From Phoronis australis (Eukaryota; Animalia; Phoronida), in NCBI GenBank assembly GCA_002633005.1, contig NMRA01000561.1, forward strand, positions 181,860 to 245,859: a stretch of DNA of 64,000 nucleotides, given 5' to 3'. This document shows, piece by piece, positions 1 to 13,600 of this stretch. The notes beneath the pieces were generated by a model. That model was not told the DNA's origin. It saw only the letters and a program-made list of their open reading frames with translations, and did not search any database. Position numbers and translations under genes: made by a program. Each line of letters starts with the position of its first letter. Position 1 is the first letter of the stretch.

Positions 1-619
1 ACCATTTGGTCAACGATAAGTGTCTGTCTCTCTGCTTCAGTGGCAGTGCTTTGGTCAACAGTGTTAGTACTGATGTGTTTAGAGTGTCATGTCCGTTATT
101 TGAAGTTATTGTAAGTTACTGTTGAAACATTAAATAAAGTTAATGCAGTCTGGCCATCATTGTTCAAAGAAATTTACATTGAGAAGAGTAAGAATACGTC
201 TTTGAAGGGACGTTGCATAAAAGAAGGTTTTTATTTCCTGTGCAGATAAATGCGTAGTAATTAGATTTAAGTGAGCCCTAAATGGATGGATTTAAATTAT
301 TTTGAAGATGTTCATCAAACACGAGCAAAAATAATACATTTACCTTAGTAAAAATGTATGTGAAAAATCCCCATGAGTTATCCCTAATGTAATAGTGGAC
401 CAAGCCATTTTGAAACGGTAAATAAGGTTGAGTCAGTTTGTCTCATCTGATCAAACCACCCTATCTGGTCGAAGATTCGTTGTCAGAATGTCGGAAAAAA
501 TCAGCCGCTTTCATCTTCCACTCTCCCGATGCGTACAGCAATTGCGTCATTAAATGTAAGCTTCTCCGGGCAACGCTTTCTCACCGGATCTAACAAATGA
601 TAAACTCTTCACACAGCTC

Positions 620-1410
620 GTTGGGAGACTCGCTGCTTTTCTTCTCTTGTCTTCTCGAGCATGCATTCCAGCTCTGTTAACACCTGATCAGGTCGCCATC
701 TGAGCTGTTTTCGACGCTCTCGGTAACAGGCTTCTTTGCATTCTTATTGACATCGTCTAATGTCTAATTATACCACTGACCTGCGTCCGCCCAGCTCCAT
801 CGTGTCTCCATGAATAGGTACATCCAGGCTTACTGTCTGCTCCTTTGACTAGGACTCATCGCCAATGTTGAACTTCTCTACTAGAGATTTAAATGGCAGT
901 TGGACATCGGGACTACGGCAGTAAACGTCTACACTTGTAAAACTAAACCACCTGAGTAAGGACTCGTTCACCGTTTTCTCCAGTTTTCCCCTGTTGTCAT
1001 AGTGATTTCGTAGACCATCAAAGGCCACACCAGTTTTGGTAATAAGGTGCGTTAGAAGATGGAGGAGTAAACTTTCTGGAGAGAGTTGTAATGTCATTCG
1101 CTTTGAATGTGCCTTTAAGTTCTGTTGATGTACTTGGTCTCCGGGTTCTCGTCGAATCACTTCCTTAAGCACTTGATGGGATGAACTGGTTCTGTATCTT
1201 CATCTCAAATCTATTGGCTGCTCACCCTGTTGCAATAACTAGAATCCACGTTTTTTCACCCTGAAAATCATCCTTGCTCAGTGCCATAGCTCTTCTAGGA
1301 CGGCAAAAACCCATCTTGTCTGTATATTTGTCGGTGTTGTGGTTGTAAGGACGTCCATGAAGACTCTTCTGAACCACCGACGCATTCATGCTACTTTTAA
1401 TCATAGATTA
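620..1410 (-). mobile_element. Degenerate HERO/R2-like non-LTR retrotransposon fragment (RT and C-terminal region)
   Basis: Frameshifted minus-strand motifs: RVFMDVLTTTT (cf. RAFMDDLTVTT, RT catalytic region, ~1335-1365); ARMIFRVKK..ILVIATG (cf. WARMSFKPAKSRSLVLKKG); LLRWF..SVDVYC...VQLPFKSLVEKF; LRWRPDQVLTEL (cf. YRWRHDQVL). Multiple stops and deletions. Confidence 0.7.
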
Positions 1411-1719
1411 TAGACAACAGATTCGCAACTCCGACATTTCATTGCGTACTATCCTAGAGGAGGTGCCCCTCTCCTAAATTACCAATTTCAGTATCCAGTT
1501 AGTGTANNNNNNNNNNNNNNNNNNNNNNNNNNNNNNNNNNNNNNNNNNNNNNNNNNNNNNNNNNNNNNNNNNNNNNNNNNNNNNNNNNNNNNNNNNNNNN
1601 NNNNNNNNNNNNNNNNNNNNNNNNNNNNNNNNNNNNNNNNNNNNNNNNNNNNNNNNNNNNNNNNNNNNNNNNNNNNNNNNNNNNNNNNNNNNNNNNNNNN
1701 NNNNNNNNNNNNNNNNNNN

Positions 1720-1760
<41 letters not shown>
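1720..1760. repeat. (CA)n microsatellite abutting the N gap at 1508-1719
   Basis: Directly visible. Confidence 0.95.
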
Positions 1761-1762
<2 letters not shown>

Positions 1763-1992
1763 TCCACCCACTCGTACATACTTGAGCACATAATAATCCA
1801 TATCTGGCAGAACTAGAATCTTGAACAAGGAGTCGAGCAAAGCACAATTCAAATAAATATATGTATTACGCATGTATTTAACTAGTATAATTGACACGTG
1901 CGTTTCATTGACCAATCGATGTATTTTGTAATTCACTACAGGCCACATGTGTGTTTCTGCGACAGTTATTCTGTTACGACAGCAGAACATAC

Positions 1993-4900
1993 CTGGCTTG
2001 ATAATTAAAGAGAACACCAACCCGATTACACAGCCAATGAGATTGGTGATCACGATGTACACTAAATTTATACCGCCCATCTTCCCGTTGGATTTAGCGC
2101 CAAGAGACGCAGTACCTAAAAATAGCAAAGCCACAGTAAATCAGTGGTGGATTAAGAGGGGGGCAAAGGGGGTCATGTCCCTCCTAAAATTCTCCCAGAT
2201 TCCATTTGACAGTTCTTGAGTGCGAATGTCTGACGGGTAAAATCCTGGCTAATACTCTGCCCTGCCCCCCCCCCAACTCAAAATACTGGATCCGTCCCTG
2301 TAACTAAAAGCCAGGAGAAAAGGAAGCTTATTGGACCTTTATTTGATATGTCATACTGGGGGATGTTTCCTCTGGAGTGTTGATACATTTACCTTGTCGT
2401 ACAAGTATTTCCCGGCTACAAAATCAACACATCATCCTTACCTGCGAAATACCACCTTACCCTAATTGTGCACCGGATATTTCTATTTTCTCAATTTCAT
2501 TATTGGTAAAAAGCATACTTATCTCAACGTAAACAGTGTCGTTTTTGTCTAGTAGTAGGAACCATAATCAGCCGCTCCAGTGCACTCGGTATACCTAGTG
2601 CATAGAGGTGTCCATACACCAGATCCAAACAGGAACAACGTACAACATAGCAGCTACTCAGAACATGATCTTTTCATAACTAGCATTTTTAGAAACTTCT
2701 AAAGAATAAAAAAAATTCCTTTAGATGTTAATAATTATGCGCAAATCCTTGAAAATTGTGAGTAAATATTCCAAATACTCTGAACAAACAAGCAGATGAA
2801 ACTAGATTAATTTGGTACCTGATATGATATGACGACTGATAAATTAGCTGACATAGATATTATAACGCAACCACGGACACCTCTGTCCTCAGATTGGCTA
2901 CATAGCACAATGTGTGATGTTGGCCAGCCTGGCCAAATAATCGCGATTTTTTTTAAATTTTGAATAAAAATTAGTTATTTCCAATTTCCCGCCAAATGAT
3001 GTAATGAGTGGAAGACGGTCGGTCACTTGACAATCAATTACCAATTTTGGAACACAGCAGATCAGAAGACAATCACGATTTTGAGCGAGAATTGGACATT
3101 CATTATGCAGACAGAGAGGAGAGTGTATACAAGAATCACACTCAAGTAATTAAAGAATCAGAAATCAGACAATAATTCATAACACACATTACCTGATAAT
3201 GTGTGACAGTACGTGAGATAACATAAATTACCTGATATCACATTAGAAATAATCAAAGGAAGCACCATCATCTTCAACATTCTTAGAAACATTTCTCCGG
3301 GAAGACCTTGAAAACAAAACAATTGCATTCATTTACCGTATTCGCCGTAATAACCGCCCAGGGCGCTTAGAAAAGTTCGGTTCAGGGGGGGCGCTTATTA
3401 TAACCCAAGGCGGTTAAAACCCGGTCTCCGAAACGGGTGAAATCGGAAGCTAAGATTCATCAAATTNTCGATACGCGGAATAAGGTCGAGTGGGATATTA
3501 CCTCATGTACGCTTGTTGAGGTACGTTTCGCATTTATCCCATACGCTTCGAATTCCTAAGGTTTCTTACATTTTTCGGTAGATTTTTTAAATACTTCAAC
3601 CAAACTGTTCACATGGCAGATCACATCCCTGTATGTGCTGTACTTGCGCGTTAGGTTGCAAGTTTCCTCTTGTTAAAGAAACATTTTTAAAAGTAGTGAC
3701 TTATTTCTTGAAAGGAGGTAACAAAGAAGAAAACAACGGCAACTGTGCAGTGAACTTGTAACATCTCCTGAAAATAGTTAAAAACAACAATATTTGATAT
3801 AAAAATTTCCTAGGAATCGGCGCCTGAGTTGCAGACGATATAGTATTTAGGAGTTGAAAACTGAGACATAAGTGTCATATAATTAACAGTTTTGTTCCAA
3901 ATTTTACCTTTAGGGCCTGATTGCATGTAGAGTGTTAGTTACACACTTTAAACTATATTCGGAAAGTTTGACGATCGAACCGGCTGAAGACGTTGAGTCG
4001 ACATTGACCTACCTTTTGAACTTTCCATGTCAGAGGTCACTGTTGAAGTAGTGCGGGAGGGGAATACGCAAAACTTTACTACATGGCCGTATTTCCCTCG
4101 ACAGATTCAATGCGTATGGGATAAAGGTAAATTACATGACTTGTGACAAGAGCAACGACAACGTGACACGATAGGCTTGTTCTGAAGAAACAGAGCACCA
4201 CCCTCATTTTAAGTCATTTATCCCCAATTGAACACACTTATCATGCAAACACTAATGCACTAAAATCCACCACTATGTAATGACTGTTGACCTAAACTGT
4301 ACAACTTGTAAACACGAGCGTGTCACAGGCGTTCAATATCTACTTTGAGAAATCCGCTGACGATCATATAGGCGTATCAGAAAAATATTGCAATGAACGG
4401 CAATATATCACGTAATCTCGCAAAGTCTTGCTTTCTAGCGAGGTCCTAGCGTTACTGAACGGGAGGCTGTTCTGTGCTCCGAACATCCGTTTCCTGGTGG
4501 CCGCGGCAGAATCTATATTATGTTCAACTGCGCGTATCAGAGTATAACCATCTGCAATGAGATGGGCTTTTGAATTAAGAATGGTTATTAAACGAGTACA
4601 TTTCTGCGCATTGAGATATGCTTAATCAATGCGTAGTTTTGCTTAACCAACGCGCTGAATTGGTTCTTAAACGGTCATCCTTCTGTTCTTATTCAACGTG
4701 CACTTTTGCTTAATCATTGCGTAGTTTTGCTTATTCAACGCGTACTTTTAATCAGCTCATATAGTCCAATTACGCCCGTGCTCTCAAATCGGCGGAAGTC
4801 TTTCTACACGGGTGCTAAGCATGTATTGAAGAATGTTGCAGATACTTATCAAGTGTCCACCGTGTTTCGTCTGTGCTGCGTCCTCGCGGTGGTACTTATA

Positions 4901-7900
4901 TGTATTGAATGTAAACTTGTCTTTGATTAGACAACGTAAATTGCGTGCTTAATTTAATCCTTATTAGTGGCGTGGATTAATTATTAATGGCGTAAATTGA
5001 AGTTAGTTTACGCACGTAATCTACTTGCGTAACGTTCACCCAAAAATAAATTTGGGACGCAAATAATTAGTTTACGCCGTTAAAAGTTAATGTACACCGC
5101 AAATAATAAAACTGGCGAAAACTTCCTACACCCAGAGGACCAAACAGAAGCCTTACGAACGAGTAAGTCATCAAACAGGCTGTATAAAACATTTTGTTCT
5201 CATGCTTTCAATTAATTGTAATTGTTTATGTGTTCATGGCCAACTACAATTCTCCCTAATCAAAAACTGATCAACAATGGATCCGCGTTTCTTAGTCTCC
5301 TGAACGCAAACACACTAGGCACAGCATCTGGGTTCAGCCTCAGTCTATAGCATGAGCTGTTTGGTAAGCCGGAATTCGTCAGTGAAATCACTGTCGACGA
5401 AATAACGGCCACAGACACGGAGAAGTTTCACGGTCTCATACGTGCATTAACGGCGTATTGTTCATTCTTCAATGCCTCGAGCCACTTCCAAAGCATTACG
5501 GGGTCTCGAGGAAATCGAAAACTATATAATCGCTTTCCTCGCAGCTTCATAGGTCGCACAAGCGGGAACGATACACCACACCATAGTGGCATTCTCTCTG
5601 CAGAAGAACCACTGACGTTGCTGCGTAGTTTCTCACCTTCCTCACAGGTTAACGCGACACCTCTCGGTGAGGTAAGATCGATCGCGTACGAGGTGATGAG
5701 GATATAGACCGATTAAGACGGTAAAAAAGACTAATTAAATCGGGTGGCATTCTCCTTTAATTATGTATGAATGTATACAACTCTAATTAACCAACCCACT
5801 CTTGAACTGCGTGACCTATCACCCTTGGTCGAGGAATATTGTGACGCGAACATTCGTCTTCGCAATGCATTAACCCTACACGAATTAGATTACCGTGTTA
5901 ATGAGTCAAGCCTGCACGCGTTAATATGTTAAACTCATACGCGCAAACAACTGGCATACCTGGTGTTCCAACTGTTTTCTCGAGAGCATTGCTGGATAGT
6001 TCATAATAAGACAGTAATTGTGACCTCTGGAATTCACAGCCTACGCCGGTATGACTACGAGTGATGACTGTGTCATTGAGGTCACAAGAGTATTAACTTG
6101 TCTCCTAAAACAAAACACTCTGATGGCCGGTAACAGCGGCCCGACATTGCCATCCGTGCTAGAGAGCTGCCAAACCTTTTTTAATGACCTTCAGATGTTA
6201 TATATATACATATATGGAATCCATTTCCACGTAACAACAGCAAAATAAGATTAAGAACGGTGGACTTATTGAAAGCCTGATATGCTCAAACTTTGGGGGT
6301 GAATTTTGCATTAACCCGTTTGTTTTATCACTGTGGGCAGGATAAGCTGATGTCGCAGTGAAGGCGTTATTACCTATCCAAATTCCTCAATGGCGGATTT
6401 AGGGAGAAGGGGGCAAGGGACCTATGCCAACCCCCTAAAATTTTCCCAGAATTCGTTTGGCAGTTCAGGGGTGTGAAAGTCTGAGGGGCAAAATTCTAGC
6501 TAACACTCTGCGCTGCCCCCCTCCCCCTAACTCAAAATCCTGGATCTGCCCCTGTTCCTTGGACCAGAAAAACAATTTCAAACTATTCAATGAATGAAAT
6601 AAATCTCTGTTTTGTTCACACGGTGTTGAGGGTTAAAACGAAAATACTTTTGAAGATAATCAGTAGCCTTAAAACCGCCCACCTACAGACGAAAAATTTA
6701 GAATTCTCTTCAAAAATCCAACGTTTTTCCAACTTCAAAAGTTTTCCCCAACATCATCCCGGATCAGAAAATGAACACTGATTGTGAGTTAAGCTCTCCT
6801 CAACAGACTGCAGATTCCATTGCGAGACAAGGAAAGATCGCTAACAATTCTTACACCAATGAACGCGGATCCATTTTCAACAGCACATTGGAGGTGAAGT
6901 TTTAAAAACAAATGACGTGAAGTTGGAATCAGAAACCTCTGAATACTTCTGGCCATCACTTAATTCGTCGGCAAATCCGATAGCGAAAAGGTTTTCACCT
7001 GAAGGGAGGAACGTGGAAATATTTTCACCAATAACGCGATATTTGCCAGTTTCGATCTCGCGCTGGTGAGGTAGCGCCGGGCATTTGTTTGCATTCGTTT
7101 GTTCTGGTGTTGGTTAATGCTATGGACTTTACTGTAATTAAAACATTTCGCAACTCCGCCGTTTTTCAAACGAGCTGCGTAGGAGTCATATCATTAGAAC
7201 GACCTTTACCAGTTCTTGATGATGTATCATTACAGCAGAAGTAAAAGATAACTTAAACATGAATAATCGCCAGGTTTAAAAATATTTTTGTTAATTCTAA
7301 AAAACAAGAGTGCTACTAAAATGCGAAAAATAACGGGGTGTAATGGTAACATAAAAAGAAAATGAATCAGAAACGTTTTACAAATGACTAATTAAACCAG
7401 TACGGAAATATATGATTAAACAAATTTCTACCCTTTCAAGACAAATATTTTAGAAGATGGAAAGGTCAAAGTTGCTGTGAAGAATTATATATTAATTGTA
7501 CATTTGGTACCGTTTGGTACAGTTCTTCAGCAAAATTTCAGGAAGCTGTGAAGTTTTCAAAATTGTAATAAACTAATTACTTCAACTAATTATCAGGAAT
7601 TTGCAGATAAAGACTTTCTGGCAAATAAAAAGCGTCTATTGTGCAGTATTGAAATGTACTGTGGATAGATCATTACATAGCTTGCAGTGTCATTTGTTCA
7701 GGAGGTAAATATAAGTGATTCTGATACACGCGGTGAGTGTTACCCTAAAGAAGAGACACTGGAACACAATCCTACGATTGTAAATATAAGTGATTCTGAT
7801 ACACGCGGTGAGTGTTACCCTAAACAAGAGACACTGGAACACATTCCTACGATTGTAAATATAAGTGATTCTGATACACGCGGTGAGTGTTACCCTAAAC

Positions 7901-9863
7901 AAGAGACACTGGAACACAATCCTGATAGACGCGGTGAGTGTTACCCTAAACAAGAGACACTGGAACACATTCCTACAATTGTAAATATAAGTGATCCTGA
8001 TACATGCGGTGAGTGTTATCAGTAGCGGATTTTGAGGGGGCCGAGGGGGCTATGCCCCCCTAAAACTCTCCCAGATTCCATTTGGCAGTTCGGGGGTGCG
8101 AATGTCTGACGGGCAAAATCCTGGATAACTGCCGTAGGTCTATGCCACGACGCAAGAGTGAAATGTTCGCAACACATAAAAACGTCCCGGCAGCGTTTTT
8201 TTTTGGCGAACGGGAAACATGACACCCAAACGCGCCTGACGGCCTTTTTTGTTTTTTAAGTCGAATGAGAAATTGCGGATGCCCCAAAAACCCGTGAAAC
8301 GTCCTGTTTTTTTCGTTTTAGTCGAAGAGGAAATATGTTAATGTCGCGTGGAAAATTACAACTGTGTATACGATAATATTTCATTTTGCCGTGTGTCGAA
8401 GGACATTTTGATGGTGTTGCGTGATAGTGGCAAAAAACAAAAAGTGGAATGGTCCGCCAAGAGCGGGACAGTTGGCAAGTACAGTCAATGTGCACCGTCA
8501 GCAACACAAAGTATTGGATTGGATTCTTCAACGAGATAACTTTTCATTTTTTATTTTATTTCATATGTATAGGTTGGCCTAAATACTGCATATTACAGTC
8601 GCTGCTCAGAAATCCAGTGAACAAAAAGTATCTGAGCAACAGGTAAACATTGCACAAACGAAAAACAATTGGAAACAGTAATAATATTTACATGCATATG
8701 CACACACACACTTACTGTAGGTACGCAATTGCATGTTGTTTTTCGGAACTAATTACGTAAATTCACCTGTTAGTAGGGCCAAAACTTTTCATTTATAATT
8801 GCAGAACAAACACTCAGAAACCAAATGTCACTTCTTTGCGTAAAATACAGTAACATGATTTTAACTGCCTGATGTCTTGTTAAAAAAGTTTTAACATATA
8901 ATTTGATAAGTTGTCGAAAGTGGTTTTACGACTGGCGGGAGCTGAAAAGATATCAGAGACCAAAATATTTCCGGCATCCAGCCAAAGCAAAAGTCGGTGC
9001 GTATAAAGAACGACCAATGTAATCGTCGGGCTTGTTGACAAATTTTTTAAGTAAATCGCTGGCTGTCTGGAACCATACCTCAAGGGTCTCACTTGATGAA
9101 CAAAAATGACAAAATGAAAACGATCAATGAAACTGGGCTTGATTTGATAATTACAACACTCACTCGAGCAGACAACCGGAAATTCAAAGTGCAAACTCTC
9201 GCATCTACTAGTCTCAGGGTTGCAAGCTAATATTAGAATTCATAAGTCGCGTACAGCAGTTGGCATTCTAGGGCTAGATTGAAATGTTTTTAACATACAC
9301 TCTCACAGGCTGTCGAAAACTTGGGTAGTTATCTCCCTTGACATTTAAATAAATGATAATATTCTGTTCCCATGTATTTCTTAAGGAGGGATGCGGACAT
9401 ATTTATTTATTTATTTATTATTGTGATATTTGAAATGAGGATGGCCTCTTCAATGATAGCACTGCTTTCCAAGAGGGCCCTCAACAAGAAAATAATTCAG
9501 CGCATGCGCAGTAGCAAACAAGCATTTGATAAGTTTTAAGACATGTGGCAATTCACTGAGATTCGTCGTAAAAACTGTGTGGCAACAAACAAAACAGAAA
9601 ATGTCCTTACCAATCCACATGAGGAGGTCTTTGGAAGGGCTTGCTAGTCGAATCGTAAACCCAATAATCAAACCGATGACAATGCCAATCATTGTTAGTA
9701 TGAGAAGTAAGTTTTTTCTAAACCATCTATTGAGACGACCCCTTCCCGTGATGTCATTGGTTGAGGAAATGCAGTCTTCAATGTCTGAAGTTTGTGACGA
9801 TTCGCTAAAGGTAACCACAGTAGATGTACGTTTCATCTCGTACAGTTTATGTTTGGAATCCAT
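1993..9863 (-). CDS. SLC1A-family excitatory amino acid / dicarboxylate:cation symporter, 5' coding exons (gene continues left, probably beyond the window)
   Basis: GT-AG exons 9863-9611 (MDSKHK...WFRKNLLLILTMIGIVIGLIIGFTIR...LLMWI), 3306-3232 (GLPGEMFLRMLKMMVLPLIISNVIS) and 2115-1993 (GTASLGAKSNGKMGGINLVY...IIKPG). Phases are consistent and these are hallmark EAAT TM1-TM3 motifs. An acceptor near 9882 implies an upstream UTR exon. The paralog cannot be assigned. Confidence 0.92.
2142..2300. mobile_element. MITE, CAGTGG(C/T)GGAT...ATCCG(C/T)CCCTG family, 5-bp TSD (hAT5-like)
   Basis: Terminal inverted repeats; flanks TAAAT/TAACT; body similar to the copies at 6388 and 8020. Confidence 0.75.
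5295..5756 (-). mobile_element. Degenerate THAP-transposase 5' end, Kolobok-like terminus
   Basis: Frameshifted minus-strand THAP from ATG 5592: CIVPAC...FRFPRDP..LWKWLEAL...RVCGRYFVDSDF...RLRLNPDAVPSVF. Ends ...TCTCCT followed by TTAA (5757-5760). Confidence 0.7.
6388..6554. mobile_element. MITE of the same CAGTGGCGGAT family, 5-bp TSD
   Basis: CAATGGCGGATT...GGATCTGCCCCTG, flanked by TTCCT on both sides. Confidence 0.8.
7705..8018. repeat. 75-bp minisatellite, about 4 copies with one partial unit
   Basis: Unit GTAAATATAAGTGATTCTGATACACGCGGTGAGTGTTACCCTAAACAAGAGACACTGGAACACATTCCTACGATT starts at 7705, 7780, 7855 and 7981. Confidence 0.9.
8020..8130. mobile_element. Truncated copy of the CAGTGGCGGAT MITE family
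   Basis: Matches the left ~110 bp of the 2142 and 6388 copies. Confidence 0.7.
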
Positions 9864-10059
9864 TTCAAACTGTCCACGTTTCTGAAAATTAGAACAGACT
9901 GAGATTGTAACATAAGCAAAGACAAATTTGTTCATTGTAATTTCAAAACAACTAGCACAGAGACCCAAAGGGAATATTCTCCCTACAATACTGAAACATG
10001 GCTTCAAAACAAAGAAATAGATGTTGCAATGCCGCCAGTTACCGACGAATAAAAATACA

Positions 10060-10300
10060 AAATAGTAAAACTAGTAAAACTAAAATGACGAGCGTCGGTA
10101 CTAAAATATATTAAAATATTCCCACGCATTGAGCGATGCGCTCTTTCTCAAGGGTGTGCCACAGACTGCTGAATCAATGTGGATAGATCTAAAATGAAAT
10201 GGCACTGGGGACCACATGGTGACATACAATAAACGTGAACAATATGAACACAACAGGACATGGCAACTACCAGTGGGGTAGGCCAACGTACACGCATGAC

Positions 10301-10376
<76 letters not shown>

Positions 10377-10690
10377 CAAACAGAGACATACGCTGCTACT
10401 AGAGTCTATTCACTACAGACTTGTAGTGAGACAGAACCCCTATGTCTCTGTTTAGGCCTCTGGCGTGAGTGTTTAAACTTTGCGATGAATTCAGCCTCGC
10501 ATTTTTTTCGTGCGTAAATGTCCGACAGTCCGCCTTTGCCTACCAGTACATTTCATTTTAGATCTATCCACATGTATTCAGCAGTCTGTAGCACACCCTT
10601 GACAAAGAGCGCATCGCTCGATACGTGGGAATATTTTAATGTATTTTAGTACCGACGCTCGTCATTTTAGTTTTACTAGTTTTACTGTTT
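10060..10690. repeat. ~150-bp inverted repeat (10060-10210 / 10545-10690) enclosing a (GA)n microsatellite (10302-10374)
   Basis: AGTAAAACTAGTAAAACTAAAATGACGAGCGTCGGTACTAAAAT... versus ...ATTTTAGTACCGACGCTCGTCATTTTAGTTTTACTAGTTTTACT. Confidence 0.9.
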
Positions 10691-13600
10691 TAAACAAAGA
10701 AATATGTGTTGTTGAAAATTTCATCTTAGTTTGTGGAAACAATAACTGCATATTTCAGTCTGTCATCCTAATTAAGAAAATGCTGATGTCCGACTTTATT
10801 TTCAAATCTGCGCAGCATGACTGTCAGGCGACTTATTGAAACCTATTTGAATAACCAGTTCTACTCGTTATATGAGTTCAGACAGACCATCGTCAAAAAA
10901 CAATTATGCGCGTGGACTAACTAAATCTGCATGTTCAACTGTGCATATTTCGATGCGCAGAAAGGCACCCGGTACGTAAGGATTTCCTCCCAGGCTATAT
11001 CAATTACACCGGACGGAGTTTGGTATAATTGTTTGAGACCTAGTTTTTCTGGACAGTGGACTGGAGGACTCGGATTTAGGCCTACTTTAAAGATAGCACA
11101 AGTTGGGACTTTTAATTCTAAAAGAATTTCTGGGTCAATTGTGATTCTTCAAAAGCGAATTGTGAATATATATTTACGATAACGACAGATTCCTACACCG
11201 GTAACGCAAGACTAGGCACAAACAATATTTCAGCTCAGATAAGGTTTTAGTAAAGTCAGGTAGGATTTGTTTATAACGTGAGTCCACCAAACACAGGGAG
11301 GAATTCCAAGCTCAGTGCGACGCAGCTGTTTCCATTTTCGCAACAGAAAACTCGATGAAATTGAAATGTGCGCGACCGACATCAATGTAAACGATGCCAG
11401 CTACGTCCACCGAATTAATTTTCAATTTCGCCACATTCTCCTGATGTTTTGTATATTTGGCATGTTTTACTTACCCTGGTTTTTATTATGCAATACTTCA
11501 GGTCGTAGGGGTGGCCCTTTGACCAAGTCGCGCAATGCGGCGGCGGTACATCTGACCGGCTAAACCACTGTTGTTTGAATTTTAGGCCGAGGCTTGAGGC
11601 ACGACCAATTTTTCGTGCCTACAAGAGTTAATTTCAGTACTGACGCCATTGCTCACAAGTCATAAGCAAATTGCGGTATCCTGGCTGTTACTGCGGGAAG
11701 CATTGAGTAAATCTATCAGAACTAAAAAGCAAGCCTCGCAGGGAACATTTTACTCGGACCGTAGTCCTATTTTTATTAGTTCCACGTTCATAGAAATTGA
11801 TTAAAAAGGTTTGTAGCAGCTTTAATACTGAGTTCAATATGCCAAATTGACATAAAAAGCTCTTACGGCAACTCCCCCATTAATGGCCCTCAGGAACAAT
11901 ACGATAACCGGCGGAAGCCTTATGCACTGGGAACCTTCACCGGTGACATTTCAACAAGTTATTGCCAACCATGCTCTGCATACTAACGTACCAGATGCTC
12001 GCTAAACAAAACCGTGACAGCAAGAAACAATATTTATCATTTCGCCAAGAATGTTGCTCTGACACTAAGTTTTTTTGTTTGTTCGCACGATACAGGTCGC
12101 AATTTTCGTTCGATCCTCACGAAATTTACACACAACTTGTTCCAGAAGTACTGGAAGCCTATTGTTTTTTGTTATAATCCGACCCAAGATGGCGGATTTT
12201 GTTTTCAATTTCATATTCAAATGCTCGTAGAGGCTGTAATTTTATACGTACACTGCAGAAAAATCGGTACAAGTATTGTATCGGACGTGTCCTACAGATG
12301 TGCTGGAAATCATTAACTTTCAATTAAAGATGGCGGAAATATCGGGAATTGTGTAGGCGCACCTCGATTTCGGGCTGAAACCGTTTTGACCTGTAGATGG
12401 CGTATTACAAAACCAATTGCTTCGAAAATTTGCAGGTATTAGTTTCCTGTGACAAGCTATTAACCAGTGTTGCGTAATCGAAAGTTGCTTTCAAGATAGC
12501 GGATCTGGCGCATTTCGACCCATTTTCAATCGTGCTGAGGTGCCATTTTAAACGGGAAGAGAAAATGACGTGAAATTTTGCATGTGGATTTTCTAAGGTA
12601 TGCTCTTTCAAATGACTTTAACAACTTTTTCAGACTTACTGTTTTTGAGTTATTTGACTTTTAATTAAAAAAAATGCAAAATTTGAAAATTTTCGGAAAT
12701 TTTACGAAATTTTGCCAAACAAAGTTCTTAGATAAAATTTTAAGCGGGCGTTCAGATGAAATCTTTCATTTTTTGGTAGAACGTCTACTTTTTTAACTAT
12801 TTGAGATTTTCTGATAACGCTGTTCCTTTGTTGAGCGTTTTTCCTGCACTGTTGTTGTGTTTACCGTCTACTGATTTCTGACATCTTCGCTCGTCATGTG
12901 AATGTTATCATTATGTTCATCAACGTCACAATCATCATCGGCGTCGTCATCATCTCTATCGTCGTCTTTTCAGTTAATTTCGCCAGGTGTCGCTCCTCCG
13001 AGAGCTTTCTTCTTGTTAATTAGTTACGTGGGGCCAGGCATAATTACCACCATTGACTTCCCAGTACTAAGTTGATAATGACTATGAATTTATTTAATTT
13101 ACATACATGGTTAGTTTAATAAGTCTGAACAACGAAACTAGTATGGAGTAACAGCTTGACATTAAAATTTTCCAGTGAAATAAGTGAAATTATAATAGAT
13201 GGTTCTAGTCTGCGCCTGACTTGAAACCTGTGTCTCACTCATAAGAGAGGAGTCCCGACTGAATTTCATATTGCGTCATACTATCATACGACGCTGGGTC
13301 ACCATCCATTTCAGCTGGCGACATGTGACTCTTTCTTTTTCGGTGAAAAAACATGTACCACATCACCGCACCAGTTTGCAACAAAACAGACCAGGGACAA
13401 TAGAATTTTGGCAGATTTGATCGTAAATGTGTTTTACTAATGATCAATAATTAAATAATATTTATATTAGTAACACTGCAATGGAAACGATACACTAGAA
13501 AATAACATGTGGCAGCAATCGAAGTCAACTACCTGTTTACTGCGCGGACTTGTCAACGTAATGTTGTAACTCAATCACACTTCTCACTAATTTAAGGAAA

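Noticed and set aside
1474-1847. ORFs spanning the N gap (also those at 39545-40228)
   Set aside because: Open only because of N runs and the CA repeat. The only real coding part nearby is the SLC1A exon at 1993-2115.
7687-8025. Repetitive 112-aa ORF (VNISDSDTRGECYP...)
   Set aside because: Translation of a 75-bp minisatellite, antisense within an SLC1A intron, with no ATG start or recognisable domain.
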